Assembly: GCA_964395915.1 (NCBI GenBank) | Contig: CAYNDB010000005.1 | Span: forward strand, 5,616-44,278 | Direction of reading: 5' to 3' | Origin: an uncultured Nitrospinota bacterium | Lineage (GTDB): Bacteria > Nitrospinota_A > UBA7883 > JAJRTC01 | DNA: 38,663 bases | Shown here: one piece after another, positions 8,871-19,214 of the stretch | Layout: the number at the start of each line of letters is the position of its first letter | Position numbering within the stretch: position 1 is the first letter of the stretch | Translations under genes and position numbers: made by a program | The notes under the pieces: model-generated | The model's database searches: none | Seen by the model: only the letters and a program-made list of their open reading frames with translations | What the model was told of the DNA's origin: nothing

Positions 8871-9830
8871 CTATTTCACCCATCCTCGTTCTTTATAATA
8901 TTTTGCGGCTCCTGGGTGGAGCGGGGCGGGCAAGCCTTCCAGCATCTTTTCCGGAGTAAGGCGTGTTAACACCGGGTGGGTTTTCTTGAACTTATCGAAA
9001 TTTTCGAACAAGGTCTTCACCACATCATAGACAACTTTGTCCGGCAGGTCCGTGGTGGTAAGCAAGGTCGCTTTTACAGCAAAAGTCGTGACAGGCTCCT
9101 TGACGCCAGGGTAAACCCCGCCCGGTATTTCTGTTTTAACGTAATATGGCCGCCCTTTCAAAAGCTTGGCGATAAGATCGTCGGGCACTGATATGATATT
9201 GATCCCGTGCGAAGTGGCAACGTCAACGATGTTCGCCGAGCCTACGCCAACCGTATAAAAGTAAGCGTCGATACGTCCATCGCTCAAATAATCCGGAGCC
9301 TCGGAGGCTTTCAACCCTTCAACGGTCATATCCTTGAACCCGAAAGGAGTTACCTTGAAAAGGGCTTCCGCAGAGGAACGCTGGCCGGAGCCGGGATTAC
9401 CTATATTTACCCGTTTACCTTTAAGATCGGCGAATTTTTTTATGCTTTTGCTCGCAATAATATGGAATGGCTCTTCATGGAGCGAGAGAACCGCTCGAAG
9501 TTTTGATACCTTCCGACCTTTGAAATCGCCAATACCATTATATGCCCGAAATCCGACATCGGACTGCACAAGCCCCATATCTACCTCTCCTTGCGACATG
9601 GAGTTTACGTTATAAGTTGAGCCGCCTGTGCTTTCCACAGTGGCGCGAATGCCATGTTCTTTTCTTTTGGAGCTGACGATTTTTGCTATGGCCCCGGCTG
9701 CTGGAAAATATATCCCGGTGACGCTACCTGCTCCGATAGTGACATATCGTCTTTTTGCGGCGAACGCCACATCGCCGAAAAACGATGTCGCCAAAACAGG
9801 AACCAAGAGCCATAAAAAAGATTTTCGCAT
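8871..9830 (-). CDS. TAXI-family TRAP transporter solute-binding subunit
   Basis: Signal peptide; motifs TIGAGSVTGIYF, ESTGGSTYNV, LVQSD, VNIGNPGSG, PLHPGAAKYYKE; start moved to ATG 9830. Confidence 0.9.
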   Translation of the reverse strand: MRKSFLWLLVPVLATSFFGDVAFAAKRRYVTIGAGSVTGIYFPAAGAIAKIVSSKRKEHGIRATVESTGGSTYNVNSMSQGEVDMGLVQSDVGFRAYNGIGDFKGRKVSKLRAVLSLHEEPFHIIASKSIKKFADLKGKRVNIGNPGSGQRSSAEALFKVTPFGFKDMTVEGLKASEAPDYLSDGRIDAYFYTVGVGSANIVDVATSHGINIISVPDDLIAKLLKGRPYYVKTEIPGGVYPGVKEPVTTFAVKATLLTTTDLPDKVVYDVVKTLFENFDKFKKTHPVLTRLTPEKMLEGLPAPLHPGAAKYYKERGWVK

Positions 9831-9979
9831 CGCGGGCCTCCATGTGATATCGCCAATTTCCAACGTATACAGCGGCTTAGTATATCAGGTTAGGAGTAAA
9901 ACCAAATAGACATAGTGTGGCTCATTCCGGGGTTTGTCCTTTTTAACTAGGTTGTTGCGTGCTAAAGTATTTCTTTTAA

Positions 9980-10756
9980 ATGACTCTTAATGTGGAGAAT
10001 TATATGCAAAGGCTATTCACTGTATTCATAGTGGCTGGAATGATATTTGGAGCCGTTCCTTCCATGGCGCATGACATAGATAAAAAAGAGATTGAAGCGA
10101 TAATCAAGGAATATATACAAAATAATCCTGGCGAAATAACATCATCCCTACAGAAATATTATAATAAACAAAGGAAGAGCCAAGAGAAGTCGCAGTTCCA
10201 AGATTCTCTTAAAGATCGTGTAAAGGTATCTGAAGGAGACGCTCCGGTTTATGGCCCTAAAAAAGCGCCTATTACGATTGTGGAATTCAGCGATTTCCAA
10301 TGCCCCTTCTGCGCGCGCGTTACCGGAACTTTAGACAATATACGGAAAAAATATGATGGCAGGATACGCATGGTATTCAAGCATTTGCCGTTGGCCATAC
10401 ACAGTAAAGCAAGGGCCGCTTCGATGGCCTCCATGGCGGCAAACAAGCAGAACAAATTCTGGGAATACCGCGATATCCTCATGAAAAACCAGAACGAATG
10501 GGGATCTGGTGACGAGAATAAGCTGTTCGTTAAATACGCCAAAAAACTTGGGCTGAACATCAAGGCTTTCAATAAAGATATTAAAGATAAAAAATTTGAA
10601 AAACTCATAGATGAGGATATGAAGCTGGCCCGGTCGCTAAAAATCAATGGAACACCGACATTTTTCGTCAATGGGGTCCGGGTTAGCGGCGCGAGGGATA
10701 TGGCTTATTTCGACAAGGTGATAGCGCTAGTCCTTGCCGATAAAAACGGAAAGTAA
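9980..10756 (+). CDS. DsbA-like thioredoxin-fold disulfide oxidoreductase (exported)
   Basis: Signal peptide, IVEFSDFQCPFC (CxxC), FKHLPL, INGTPTFFVNG (cis-Pro loop). Confidence 0.9.
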   Translation: MTLNVENYMQRLFTVFIVAGMIFGAVPSMAHDIDKKEIEAIIKEYIQNNPGEITSSLQKYYNKQRKSQEKSQFQDSLKDRVKVSEGDAPVYGPKKAPITIVEFSDFQCPFCARVTGTLDNIRKKYDGRIRMVFKHLPLAIHSKARAASMASMAANKQNKFWEYRDILMKNQNEWGSGDENKLFVKYAKKLGLNIKAFNKDIKDKKFEKLIDEDMKLARSLKINGTPTFFVNGVRVSGARDMAYFDKVIALVLADKNGK

Positions 10757-10811
10757 AACAAAACCACTATCGTCGGGGAAAAGGCTTCATAGAAGAATTA
10801 TATTTTTCTTC

Positions 10812-11279
10812 TCACACGCAACCAGCTAGGATTCTATACACCGGGCTTTTGATTACAACATTGGTTGTGGCGGCGCCAATATCCCCGCTTGTGTACGGGA
10901 CAACAATCATATATCCGGAATTAACGTTACCCCTCGTGTTGCAGGAATACGCATAAAATCCCTGAACGCCGTTGTTGGTATACTCGCCACTCTCCACCAA
11001 CACATTTTCACCGATCATCACTTCCGCAAATTTCGGGTGCGGCCCATTAGTGATTGAAGCAAAGTTTCCTCCAGAATATTGATAGTTATCGTCCATGACC
11101 GCTATTTTGAAATTATCTATATTCTGCAACGCGGCTGTATCATAACCCCTCTGGCGATACTCTTGTAACTGAGGCAACGCTATGGCGGATAGAGTGCCTA
11201 TTATCGCAACAACCGCCAGAAGCTCTATCAACGTAAACCCTGACCTGCTATTTCTAATATTTGCGCTTTTTACGAACAT
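10812..11279 (-). CDS. Type IV pilin (prepilin cleavage/methylation motif)
   Basis: Class III signal G|FTLIELLAVVAIIGTLSAIALP with E5; GGAGG RBS before ATG 11279; two C-terminal Cys. Confidence 0.88.
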   Translation of the reverse strand: MFVKSANIRNSRSGFTLIELLAVVAIIGTLSAIALPQLQEYRQRGYDTAALQNIDNFKIAVMDDNYQYSGGNFASITNGPHPKFAEVMIGENVLVESGEYTNNGVQGFYAYSCNTRGNVNSGYMIVVPYTSGDIGAATTNVVIKSPVYRILAGCV

Positions 11280-11324
11280 GAGTAAACCCTCCACAAAACT
11301 TATACAACTTTTACCCCTTTTCAA

Positions 11325-11340
11325 TGCAAACGACAGGCCA
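11325..11340 (-). promoter_or_regulatory. Sigma54 (-24/-12) promoter of the pilin gene
   Basis: Minus strand TGGCCTGTCGTTTGCA = GG-N10-GC, 45 nt upstream of the ATG. Confidence 0.7.
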
Positions 11341-11430
11341 TAATATTGAGCTTTTCCCTGAAAAATAATACCCTATGAAACAATAGGTTGGGCTGGTTTA
11401 TTTTTTGTGGGGCTGGCTAATTCTTGAGTA

Positions 11431-11447
11431 TTGACATTTTTTGTCAA
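11431..11447. promoter_or_regulatory. Palindromic candidate enhancer-binding-protein site (PilR-like UAS)
   Basis: TTGACA-TTTTT-TGTCAA about 90 nt upstream of the -24 element; a weaker related site (GTACAAAAAATTGTC) at about 11461-11475. Confidence 0.5.
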
Positions 11448-11673
11448 GCGGGCGAGAAATGTACAAAAAATTGTCTAACCTAAATAAATTTGATTTTACC
11501 CTTCATAGTAACCGGCCATGGTTTCGCAAATCAGTCCAAATCATATTATTTATACTCTACTCATAATGAGAATCTTGTCGTATAATGTCTGTGGTCTGGT
11601 CGCCTTGGGATTACCAAATCTATAGCGATACAGATTTCTTTTTATCTGACATCATTTGTTTTAGTATAAATTC

Positions 11674-12915
11674 ATGCAAGTCCTGACGATGATACTGGCC
11701 GGTGGGGAAGGCCGGAGGCTATATCCGCTTACAAGAGACCGTTCCAAGCCAGCCGTTCCTTTTGGAGGACGGTATCGAATCATCGACTTTGTTCTCAGCA
11801 ATTTCGTTAATTCCGGACTTTCTAAAATAAAGGTTCTCACCCAGTTTAAATCAGACTCACTCAACCTGCACCTTTCGCGAGGCTGGCAGCTTTCGCCTGT
11901 GCTGGATCAGTATATAGACCCTGTTCCCGCGCAGATGCGCACCGGTAAAGACTGGTTTAAGGGCACTGCGGACGCTATATACCAGAACATGCACCTTATA
12001 GAGAAGGAACACCCGGACTATATATGCGTATTTGGAGGAGACCACATATATAAGATGGATGTCCGCCAGATGCTGCAGCAACATATCGATACTAAAGCTG
12101 ATTTGACCGTATCCACTGTTCCTTACCCGCTTGAAAAATCCAGTCAGTTCGGAATAGTGGAAGCCAATGGCAACTGGGAAATCACAGGGTTTACGGAAAA
12201 GCCTGAATGCCCCAGCCCAATGCCTGGCAATCCAGAGATGGCTCTGGTTTCCATGGGAAATTATATTTTCTCAAGGGAGGCTCTTGTCCGCTCTATAGAG
12301 GAAGACGCGCATAAAAACACCGAACACGATTTTGGAAAAAATATTATCACCGCCATGCTCGACGACTACAAGGTATGCGCATACGATTTTTCCACAAACG
12401 AAGTGCCCGGTATGAGGCCGGAAGGGCGCGGATATTGGCGTGATGTTGGAGACATCGATCAATATTGGGAAGCGTCGATGGATCTTGTAAGCGTCTCCCC
12501 AACTTTTAACCTGTATAACGACCAGTGGCCTATACGCTGTTACTATCCGCCGTTTCCTCCCGCAAAATTCGTATTCGCCGACATGGAAAAACGTGTCGGT
12601 ATGGCTACGGATTCACTTGTCTCCGAAGGATGCATAATCTCTGGCGGCAAGATAAACAGGTCAATACTCTCGCCGCGATGCAGGATCAACAGCTACTCGT
12701 CCGTAAGCGAGTCATTCCTGATGGAGGGAGTGGAAGTGGGACGACATTCAAAAATAAAGCGCGCCATCATAGACAAGAAAGTTATCATCCCTCCGGGCAC
12801 ACATATAGGCTATGACCTGGACGAGGATCGCAAACGTTTTCACGTAACAGACTCCGGCGTTGTGGTGGTGCCACAGGGAACAAAGCTTGAGCAAATAGAA
12901 GAAGTCACCGCCTAG
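11674..12915 (+). CDS. glgC: Glucose-1-phosphate adenylyltransferase
   Basis: [54 protein letters not shown], left-handed beta-helix C-terminus. Confidence 0.96.
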   Translation: MQVLTMILAGGEGRRLYPLTRDRSKPAVPFGGRYRIIDFVLSNFVNSGLSKIKVLTQFKSDSLNLHLSRGWQLSPVLDQYIDPVPAQMRTGKDWFKGTADAIYQNMHLIEKEHPDYICVFGGDHIYKMDVRQMLQQHIDTKADLTVSTVPYPLEKSSQFGIVEANGNWEITGFTEKPECPSPMPGNPEMALVSMGNYIFSREALVRSIEEDAHKNTEHDFGKNIITAMLDDYKVCAYDFSTNEVPGMRPEGRGYWRDVGDIDQYWEASMDLVSVSPTFNLYNDQWPIRCYYPPFPPAKFVFADMEKRVGMATDSLVSEGCIISGGKINRSILSPRCRINSYSSVSESFLMEGVEVGRHSKIKRAIIDKKVIIPPGTHIGYDLDEDRKRFHVTDSGVVVVPQGTKLEQIEEVTA

Positions 12916-12971
12916 GACACCTCACGAGCTTATCCGATTTTTCGGCTACTCCAGCATTCCGGTTTTGAATT

Positions 12972-15041
12972 TTACGCCCGCTCCGTTACCGCGTTTATCG
13001 ATTCATATAGAATATCGGTCATCTTGCCAATTTGTTCAACGCTAGCCGCCGGGGCGAGAAACAGAACAAGAATATCCCCCAGCGGGCGAATCAGAAGCCC
13101 CTTGCTCATAGCCTCCGAGGCGACTTTTGCCCCAACCCTGCTAGCGCTTGCATAAGGTTCTTTCGTGTCTCTGTTTTTCACCAGTTCGACCCCGGCGATA
13201 AGACCGCGCTGGCGAATATTCCCTACATTTTCCAGATCCTCATATCGAACAAGCATGTCGGATAGCGCGGCGCCTTTTTCCTGAATCTGCCCTATAATAT
13301 TTCGTTCTTCATACAGCTTCAGATTTTCCACCGCCACCGCGCAACCAAGCTGGTTGGCGGTATAGGTATGGCCGTGGTAGAAAGTCTTCCCCTCATGACG
13401 CTCTCCCAGAAACGCGTCGAAAACCTTTTGCGTAGCCAATGTCGCGGCCAAAGGCAGCATACCACCTGTTATCGACTTCGACACGGCCATGATATCGGGA
13501 GTCACGCCCTCGTGATCGCAGGCGAACATCTTGCCAGTCCTGCCAAAGCCAACCGCCACCTCATCCGCTATCAGCAAAACATCATGTTTGGCGCACAGTT
13601 CGGAGGCTCGTTTCAAATATCCGTGCGGCGCCGTTATAATCCCCGCCGGACATTGTACCAACGGCTCAATTATCATAGCCGCCACCTGCCCTTCGTTCGC
13701 TTTCAGCTTTTCGTCGATGATATCCGCGCATGCGATGGAGCATTGCGGATATGTTTTGCCGATCGGACAGCGATAGCAATATGGCGCCGGTGTAAATTCC
13801 ACGTCCATAAACATGTCACGGAATTTGCCGAAGAAAACATTACTGCCTCCTACAGACATGGAGCCTACCGTATCCCCGTGATATGCGTTATCCACCGCCA
13901 GAAACTTCGTCCTTTTTGATTTCGGATCGATGTTACGCCAATACTGAAACGCCATTTTGAGCCCGACCTCTATCGCCGTCGACCCGTCATCGGAATAAAA
14001 AACTTTCTCCAGTCCTGCTGGAGTAATCGAAACAAGTTTCTCCGCAAGGTCTACAGCGACAGTGTTGGATAGCCCCAGGAAAGTGGAGTGCGCTATTTTA
14101 TTCAGCTGCTTTCGCATGCTCTTGTTCATACGCAAGTCTCGATGTCCATGGACATTACACCAGTAGCTGGAAAATGCGTCCAGATATTCTTTCCCCTCAA
14201 TATCCCGCACTAGCGCGCCACGCCCGGAGTCAATCGTTACAACCGGCCCCGCCAGCCACTCTTTCATCTGCGTAAAAGGATGCCATACAAATTCCTTGTC
14301 CCGCTTCTCGTAATCATCATGTTTGCTTTCAGGGGAAAAGCTTTTTAATCGCTCCAGCAGAAGGTCGATATCAATGCTCGATTTTATGTGCGAAATAAGT
14401 TTTTTGGAGTCCGCCATATTTTCCAGATACTCAATCAACCCCAATACATGGCTTCCACTTTTTTCGTGGATAAAATCAAAATCAGGCTCCGGGAATTTAT
14501 TTTTCTTAAACTGATTGAATACGATTCCAGCGATCTTGAGCCCCAGCGTATCGGCGGCCTCCGCTGTTAGTAACGTGTGGTTAATGGTACCCAGGTAAGG
14601 ATGCGAGACAATTATCAACGGTATGTTCAGAAGGCTGGCCAGATCGCCCATATGGATGTCTTTTGTCAACGGCGCGAAGAGCCCTCCGGCCCCTTCCACT
14701 ATTACTATGTCATGCCTGGCGGCAAGCTCCCTGTATGCGGCAAGAATTTTATCAATGTCGATTTCCACACCTTCCTTTATTGCGGCGTGGTATGGCGAGA
14801 GAGGTTTTTTAAAACAGTAAGGGTTGATAAGCTCGATGGGATCGTCGCATTGAGCCATCTTTTTAAGAAACAGGGCGTCTTGAGGAACAAGCTTGCCGCC
14901 AACAGGTTTTGCGCCGGACTCCGCAGGTTTCATCACTCCAACACTCATCCCCCGCTTGCGTAAAACAGCGGCGATCCCGCCTGCTACGACAGTTTTACCG
15001 ACGCCTGTGTCGACGCCTGATATGAAGAGCCCCTTGGTCAC
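12972..15041 (-). CDS. bioA: Bifunctional dethiobiotin synthetase / DAPA aminotransferase (BioD-BioA fusion)
   Basis: N-terminal BioD (GVDTGVGKT, MKPAESG, IVEGAGG, LGTINHT) in frame with BioA (VWHPFTQM, AYHGDT, IADEVAVGFGRTG, PDIMAVSKSITGG, HGHTY). Confidence 0.93.
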   Translation of the reverse strand: MTKGLFISGVDTGVGKTVVAGGIAAVLRKRGMSVGVMKPAESGAKPVGGKLVPQDALFLKKMAQCDDPIELINPYCFKKPLSPYHAAIKEGVEIDIDKILAAYRELAARHDIVIVEGAGGLFAPLTKDIHMGDLASLLNIPLIIVSHPYLGTINHTLLTAEAADTLGLKIAGIVFNQFKKNKFPEPDFDFIHEKSGSHVLGLIEYLENMADSKKLISHIKSSIDIDLLLERLKSFSPESKHDDYEKRDKEFVWHPFTQMKEWLAGPVVTIDSGRGALVRDIEGKEYLDAFSSYWCNVHGHRDLRMNKSMRKQLNKIAHSTFLGLSNTVAVDLAEKLVSITPAGLEKVFYSDDGSTAIEVGLKMAFQYWRNIDPKSKRTKFLAVDNAYHGDTVGSMSVGGSNVFFGKFRDMFMDVEFTPAPYCYRCPIGKTYPQCSIACADIIDEKLKANEGQVAAMIIEPLVQCPAGIITAPHGYLKRASELCAKHDVLLIADEVAVGFGRTGKMFACDHEGVTPDIMAVSKSITGGMLPLAATLATQKVFDAFLGERHEGKTFYHGHTYTANQLGCAVAVENLKLYEERNIIGQIQEKGAALSDMLVRYEDLENVGNIRQRGLIAGVELVKNRDTKEPYASASRVGAKVASEAMSKGLLIRPLGDILVLFLAPAASVEQIGKMTDILYESINAVTERA

Positions 15042-15880
15042 ATCAACTCGCCTGCAATAGCGTCAATGTACACGACTTCATATGTCACCGCGATTCCGCC
15101 GTTTAAAGCGAAACGCGATCTGTATTCTTTCACAAAGTTGTCCATAACAGCGCGTCTTCCAAGGCCAAGGCTCGCCAACCCCGGATTACTCTGCACCCCG
15201 ATATTTTTTAATGAACGCATAAAAGTTGTGGCGTCTTTAAACTCGCGGATAAAAATTTCTTTTTCTATTTTCACGGTTAAACCCGCGCTTTCAGCCGCCG
15301 CCACAATGGCGCGTTCATCGGGGAACTTATGGAACATCGACTGGTCGACCTCTTTCCCCGATTGTTCAAACGCATATGTTACAGATTCCCTTAACTCGTG
15401 AAAGGTAGACTCTCCCAGTACTGTGGCGATCAGCCGCCCACCATTTTTCAACGATAAAGCCGCTTCTGAGAATATGGCTGGCAGGTCTTCTATCCATTGG
15501 AGCGCAAGGTTGGAAAAGCAAAGGTCTACAGACCCGTTTTTTACAGGCGCATATTCCGCATCCGCCTGCGCCACATGCAGGGAACCGTCATACCCGTTTC
15601 GCCGCGCCATTGCAGCCTGCGTCATTCCCTGCGAGATATCTAGCGCGAGCGTGGCGCGGAACATTCCAGACTGCGCGACCATGGCCGCAAGCTCCCCGGT
15701 TCCACATCCAATCTCCATCGCAACAGAACCCGTTAGCTTTTGCGAGACGATTCTTTCGAAAAGCGTTTTCGCCATCTCACGCTGAAATGTGGCGGATGAA
15801 TCATATGTAGCGGCGCTTTTGTCAAACGCCATACGTATTATCGACTTTCGCCTCGCAGGCGACGTTGCTGGTTTATCCAT
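15038..15880 (-). CDS. bioC: Malonyl-ACP O-methyltransferase BioC-like
   Basis: AFDKSAATYD, SAM motif MEIGCGTG, SNLALQW, TFHEL; located within the biotin operon. Confidence 0.85.
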   Translation of the reverse strand: MDKPATSPARRKSIIRMAFDKSAATYDSSATFQREMAKTLFERIVSQKLTGSVAMEIGCGTGELAAMVAQSGMFRATLALDISQGMTQAAMARRNGYDGSLHVAQADAEYAPVKNGSVDLCFSNLALQWIEDLPAIFSEAALSLKNGGRLIATVLGESTFHELRESVTYAFEQSGKEVDQSMFHKFPDERAIVAAAESAGLTVKIEKEIFIREFKDATTFMRSLKNIGVQSNPGLASLGLGRRAVMDNFVKEYRSRFALNGGIAVTYEVVYIDAIAGELM

Positions 15881-16673
15881 CTTTCAAAATGAAATCCGTT
15901 ATTGATTCGTCCACCTCCGGCAGACAGGTGAGATGAGGCGCGTGTCCGGCGGACTCCAGGCAAACCTCTTGTAAATTATCGAACAGGCCTTTCCAGAGCC
16001 GCTGACCGCCAACGGGGCATATTTTATCCAGCCTTCCGTAAATTAGCAACACCTGCCCATCGTAACGTCCACCTTGTTGTGTAAGATCAGTTCTGGCAAG
16101 TTCGTCCAATGTTGATAACAACGCTTCTTTATTGGGGGGAAACTCCGACGGATAAAAAAGCTTTTCTATCCGCGCCCGTTCCCCTTCCGATATTTTCTCG
16201 CCAGATTCAAAAAAACGGTCTGTAAAGTCGCGTAAACCAGAGTCGGCGTCCCGTATTATCAACCGCGCCATCTTCTTTACAGCGGCGGGATGCTGGCCCA
16301 GCCCAAGGTTATGTGTTGTCGTTACAAACTTAGGCGTGGCGCCCAGAAGAGTCAACGACTCCGGAGCCCGTCCAAAATTTTCCAGACTGTAAAGCGCCGC
16401 GATAGCCCCTCCCATCGACCATCCCAAAAGATGGTATGGCGGATCGCCTAATGTATTAATGACTCCGGTCAGAACATCACAATATCGCATAAACGTATAT
16501 GGCCCACCATCTTCTTTAGCCGAGCCGTGTCCTGGCAGATCGAACGAAATCACGCGGAACTTTTCTTTTAACGATTCCGCTAACGGCTCGAAAGCTTTTT
16601 TTGTCTGCCCCCATCCATGAACCATAACAAGTATCGGGCCATGTCCAACGTCGGAAATCGTAATTTTTTTCAT
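15873..16673 (-). CDS. bioH: Pimeloyl-ACP methyl ester carboxylesterase BioH-like alpha/beta hydrolase
   Basis: VHGWG, DLPGHG, nucleophile GWSMGG, G..D, AGHAPH; AAGGA RBS before ATG 16673; adjacent to bioC. Confidence 0.82.
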   Translation of the reverse strand: MKKITISDVGHGPILVMVHGWGQTKKAFEPLAESLKEKFRVISFDLPGHGSAKEDGGPYTFMRYCDVLTGVINTLGDPPYHLLGWSMGGAIAALYSLENFGRAPESLTLLGATPKFVTTTHNLGLGQHPAAVKKMARLIIRDADSGLRDFTDRFFESGEKISEGERARIEKLFYPSEFPPNKEALLSTLDELARTDLTQQGGRYDGQVLLIYGRLDKICPVGGQRLWKGLFDNLQEVCLESAGHAPHLTCLPEVDESITDFILKDG

Positions 16674-17368
16674 GCATCCTTTGTACATCGTTACGGATGA
16701 AAAAGCCATATCCGGCTTTTTCCGAGGGCTTGTAAAAAAGCGTAAAACCTATTCAGGCTCTTTTTCGTTCAGATCATCAGAGAGTGAAATAACCCGCTTT
16801 AAGTATTTATAAACGATGTTACGCACAAGTATTTTATTTCTTTTTAGGTTAGATCAAAATGATAGAGCGCTATTTTTATTAACACAATATTTCTCCAGCG
16901 CCCTATTTTGTCGTCAGGTTCCCTGTAACCACTTTTTCTGTAAACCCGTTTACCACTATCGGGGAACCCCTTAAAAGCGCACTAAAAACCACAAAATATA
17001 AAACAGAATAACCCATATAACATATTGTATTAACTGGATTTAAGCGCGGGACATTAAGACTGTCCGGCGCAAGCGTTATAGCTTCGTCAATACATCAATT
17101 TCTATCAAGCCCCAATAGAAAAAGAAAGTCATTCAAAATAAAGCAGTCTTGATGTTTTTTCGATATTTGCCTTGACTGTTTGCCGCATACCGTTGAAACT
17201 AATAATATTATTACTTTAATTTAATGCCTAAGTTAGTGGTCTATCTCCGGCAAGGAGCAATGTCAGGCGACATTTCATATTGCTATTGCGCTCGAAAAAA
17301 AATGACGATTTGGAAACGATGGTCTGAAATGGTTAATACGGTTTGAAATATTTGGAAGGTTGTAACAC

Positions 17369-19108
17369 ATGAAGGGATTAAGTCTGCAAAACAAAATAGC
17401 TGTCTCCATTGCGATGGCGCTGATTGTATCGGCCATAGTACTTTCCGTTTTTTACATACGTGAATACAAAGCCAACGCGTTAGAGGGGATGCATTTCAAG
17501 GCCAAAGCTATCGGTCAGATGGCCGAAAATGCGAGAGTAGCCGCAGGACAAGCGGTTTCCGATTACAAAGCGATAAAGTCTGACGAGATGCTGGCCGAAG
17601 CCAGGGAAGCTTTAAAAGGCCTGACAGTTGGATCGGAAGCTTATTTTAGCGCATTACGCAAGTCGCGATATTACAACACGGCGATACCGGTTGTGTGGGC
17701 GTTTAAAGCGGCTTTGAACGGCGCGGAGAGAAGCCATTTCGCTTTCAAGCCGACGAGGTTCGACGCCAGAAACCCGGAATATGAACCGGTAACATCCACA
17801 GAAAAGGATCTTTTAAGAGAACTCAAGCAATCGGGCAAGCTTGAAATCCAGGGTATTGATAAAGAAAAAAACGTTTTGCGATATATGCGCGCAGTCAAGC
17901 TTACAAGTGAGTGCCTCGTATGCCACGGTACCGCTAATGACGACGCTTCCCATCCTGATACCATGGTGGATCCTATCGGTTTTCGCAAGGAGGGAAAACG
18001 AGCTGGAGATATGCACGGCGCGTTCCAGGTGGTTATGGATATGGCTCCACTCGACAAATCCGTTGCCTCAATGGAACGAATGGCGCTCGGAACGTCAGCG
18101 GCGATCGTGCTTGTCGCATGTATCGCCGTGGTCCTTTTCATAAGACGCTCGGTTATTGGCCCTATAACCGGTATCACGAGCAATATGGGAGACGGAGCCA
18201 ACCAGGTGACCGACGCGTCGGGGCAGGTGTCTGGAGCTTCTCAAAGCCTTGCCGAAGGCGCTACAGAGCAAGCCGCGTCGCTTGAAGAGACGGCCGCGTC
18301 CGTCAAGGATATTGCGGACAGGGCAAAGCAAAACGCCGAAAGCTCCAACATCGCCACAAGCCTGATGGGGGAAATGGGCAAACTTGTGAACAACGGCAGT
18401 ACATCTATGGATAAAATGGTCAAAGCCATTAACTCCATAAAGGACAGCAGTAACGAGGTATCCAAGATCATCAAGGTGATCGAGGAGATAGCGTTCCAGA
18501 CAAACCTGCTGGCGTTAAACGCGGCGGTGGAGGCGGCGCGAGCCGGCGAACATGGCAAGGGTTTCGCTGTAGTCGCTGAAGAAGTGCGCAACCTCGCCCA
18601 GCGCTCCGCAACCGCGGCAAGGGATACAGCGGGCCTTATAGCGGACTCCTCCTCGAAATCGGACGAAGGTGTGGCGATAGTGAATGAGGCGGTGAAGGCC
18701 TTGAACGCTATTACGGAAAGCTCCAAAAAAGTGGGCGACCTCGTAAGTGAGATCGCCGAAGCGTCCATGGACCAGTCTCAGGGAGTCGATCAGGTAAGTG
18801 AGGCGCTCGCCCAGATCGACAAGGTGACGCAACAGAACGCTTCCGCTGCGGAAGAGTCAGCCGCCGCCAGTGAACAGCTTTCCGCGCAAGCGGATTCACT
18901 GCGAGGCATGATTATTAACATGCAGAGCGTGATCCAGGGAGGAGCGTCCAACGAAGGAAACGGCGGCAACGGACTTGTGCGACAATCATCGCCATCGTCT
19001 CAACGCCTGGGGATTTCGACCGCTCCGCTAAAAAAGTTGGGGTCTTTTGGCAAACCAAAGGCTGACACCAGCGAGATACCGTTTGACGACGATTTCAAGG
19101 AGTTTTAG
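17369..19108 (+). CDS. Methyl-accepting chemotaxis protein with periplasmic heme-c (DUF3365/Tll0287-like) sensor domain
   Basis: Two TM helices, periplasmic ARNP..EP and CLVCHG (CxxCH); signalling hairpin [40 protein letters not shown]. Confidence 0.92.
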   Translation: MKGLSLQNKIAVSIAMALIVSAIVLSVFYIREYKANALEGMHFKAKAIGQMAENARVAAGQAVSDYKAIKSDEMLAEAREALKGLTVGSEAYFSALRKSRYYNTAIPVVWAFKAALNGAERSHFAFKPTRFDARNPEYEPVTSTEKDLLRELKQSGKLEIQGIDKEKNVLRYMRAVKLTSECLVCHGTANDDASHPDTMVDPIGFRKEGKRAGDMHGAFQVVMDMAPLDKSVASMERMALGTSAAIVLVACIAVVLFIRRSVIGPITGITSNMGDGANQVTDASGQVSGASQSLAEGATEQAASLEETAASVKDIADRAKQNAESSNIATSLMGEMGKLVNNGSTSMDKMVKAINSIKDSSNEVSKIIKVIEEIAFQTNLLALNAAVEAARAGEHGKGFAVVAEEVRNLAQRSATAARDTAGLIADSSSKSDEGVAIVNEAVKALNAITESSKKVGDLVSEIAEASMDQSQGVDQVSEALAQIDKVTQQNASAAEESAAASEQLSAQADSLRGMIINMQSVIQGGASNEGNGGNGLVRQSSPSSQRLGISTAPLKKLGSFGKPKADTSEIPFDDDFKEF

Positions 19109-19214
19109 GAGTTTTACCTTTTAATCGGTAACGGAAGCCCGGCGCCTGTAGAATATCCGCATTCGTCGGGCTTCCTTGCCGTTGTCGATAACCGAGACAC
19201 AAAAGGAAGTTGAG

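Noticed and set aside
16924-16955. Canonical BirA operator upstream of the biotin operon
   Set aside because: Half-site-like words are present but the spacing does not fit the usual 15-16 nt dyad; kept only as part of a speculative finding
17220-17368. c-di-GMP riboswitch in the MCP leader
   Set aside because: A small hairpin (AATGTC-AGGC-GACATT) exists but the GEMM consensus elements are not recognisable
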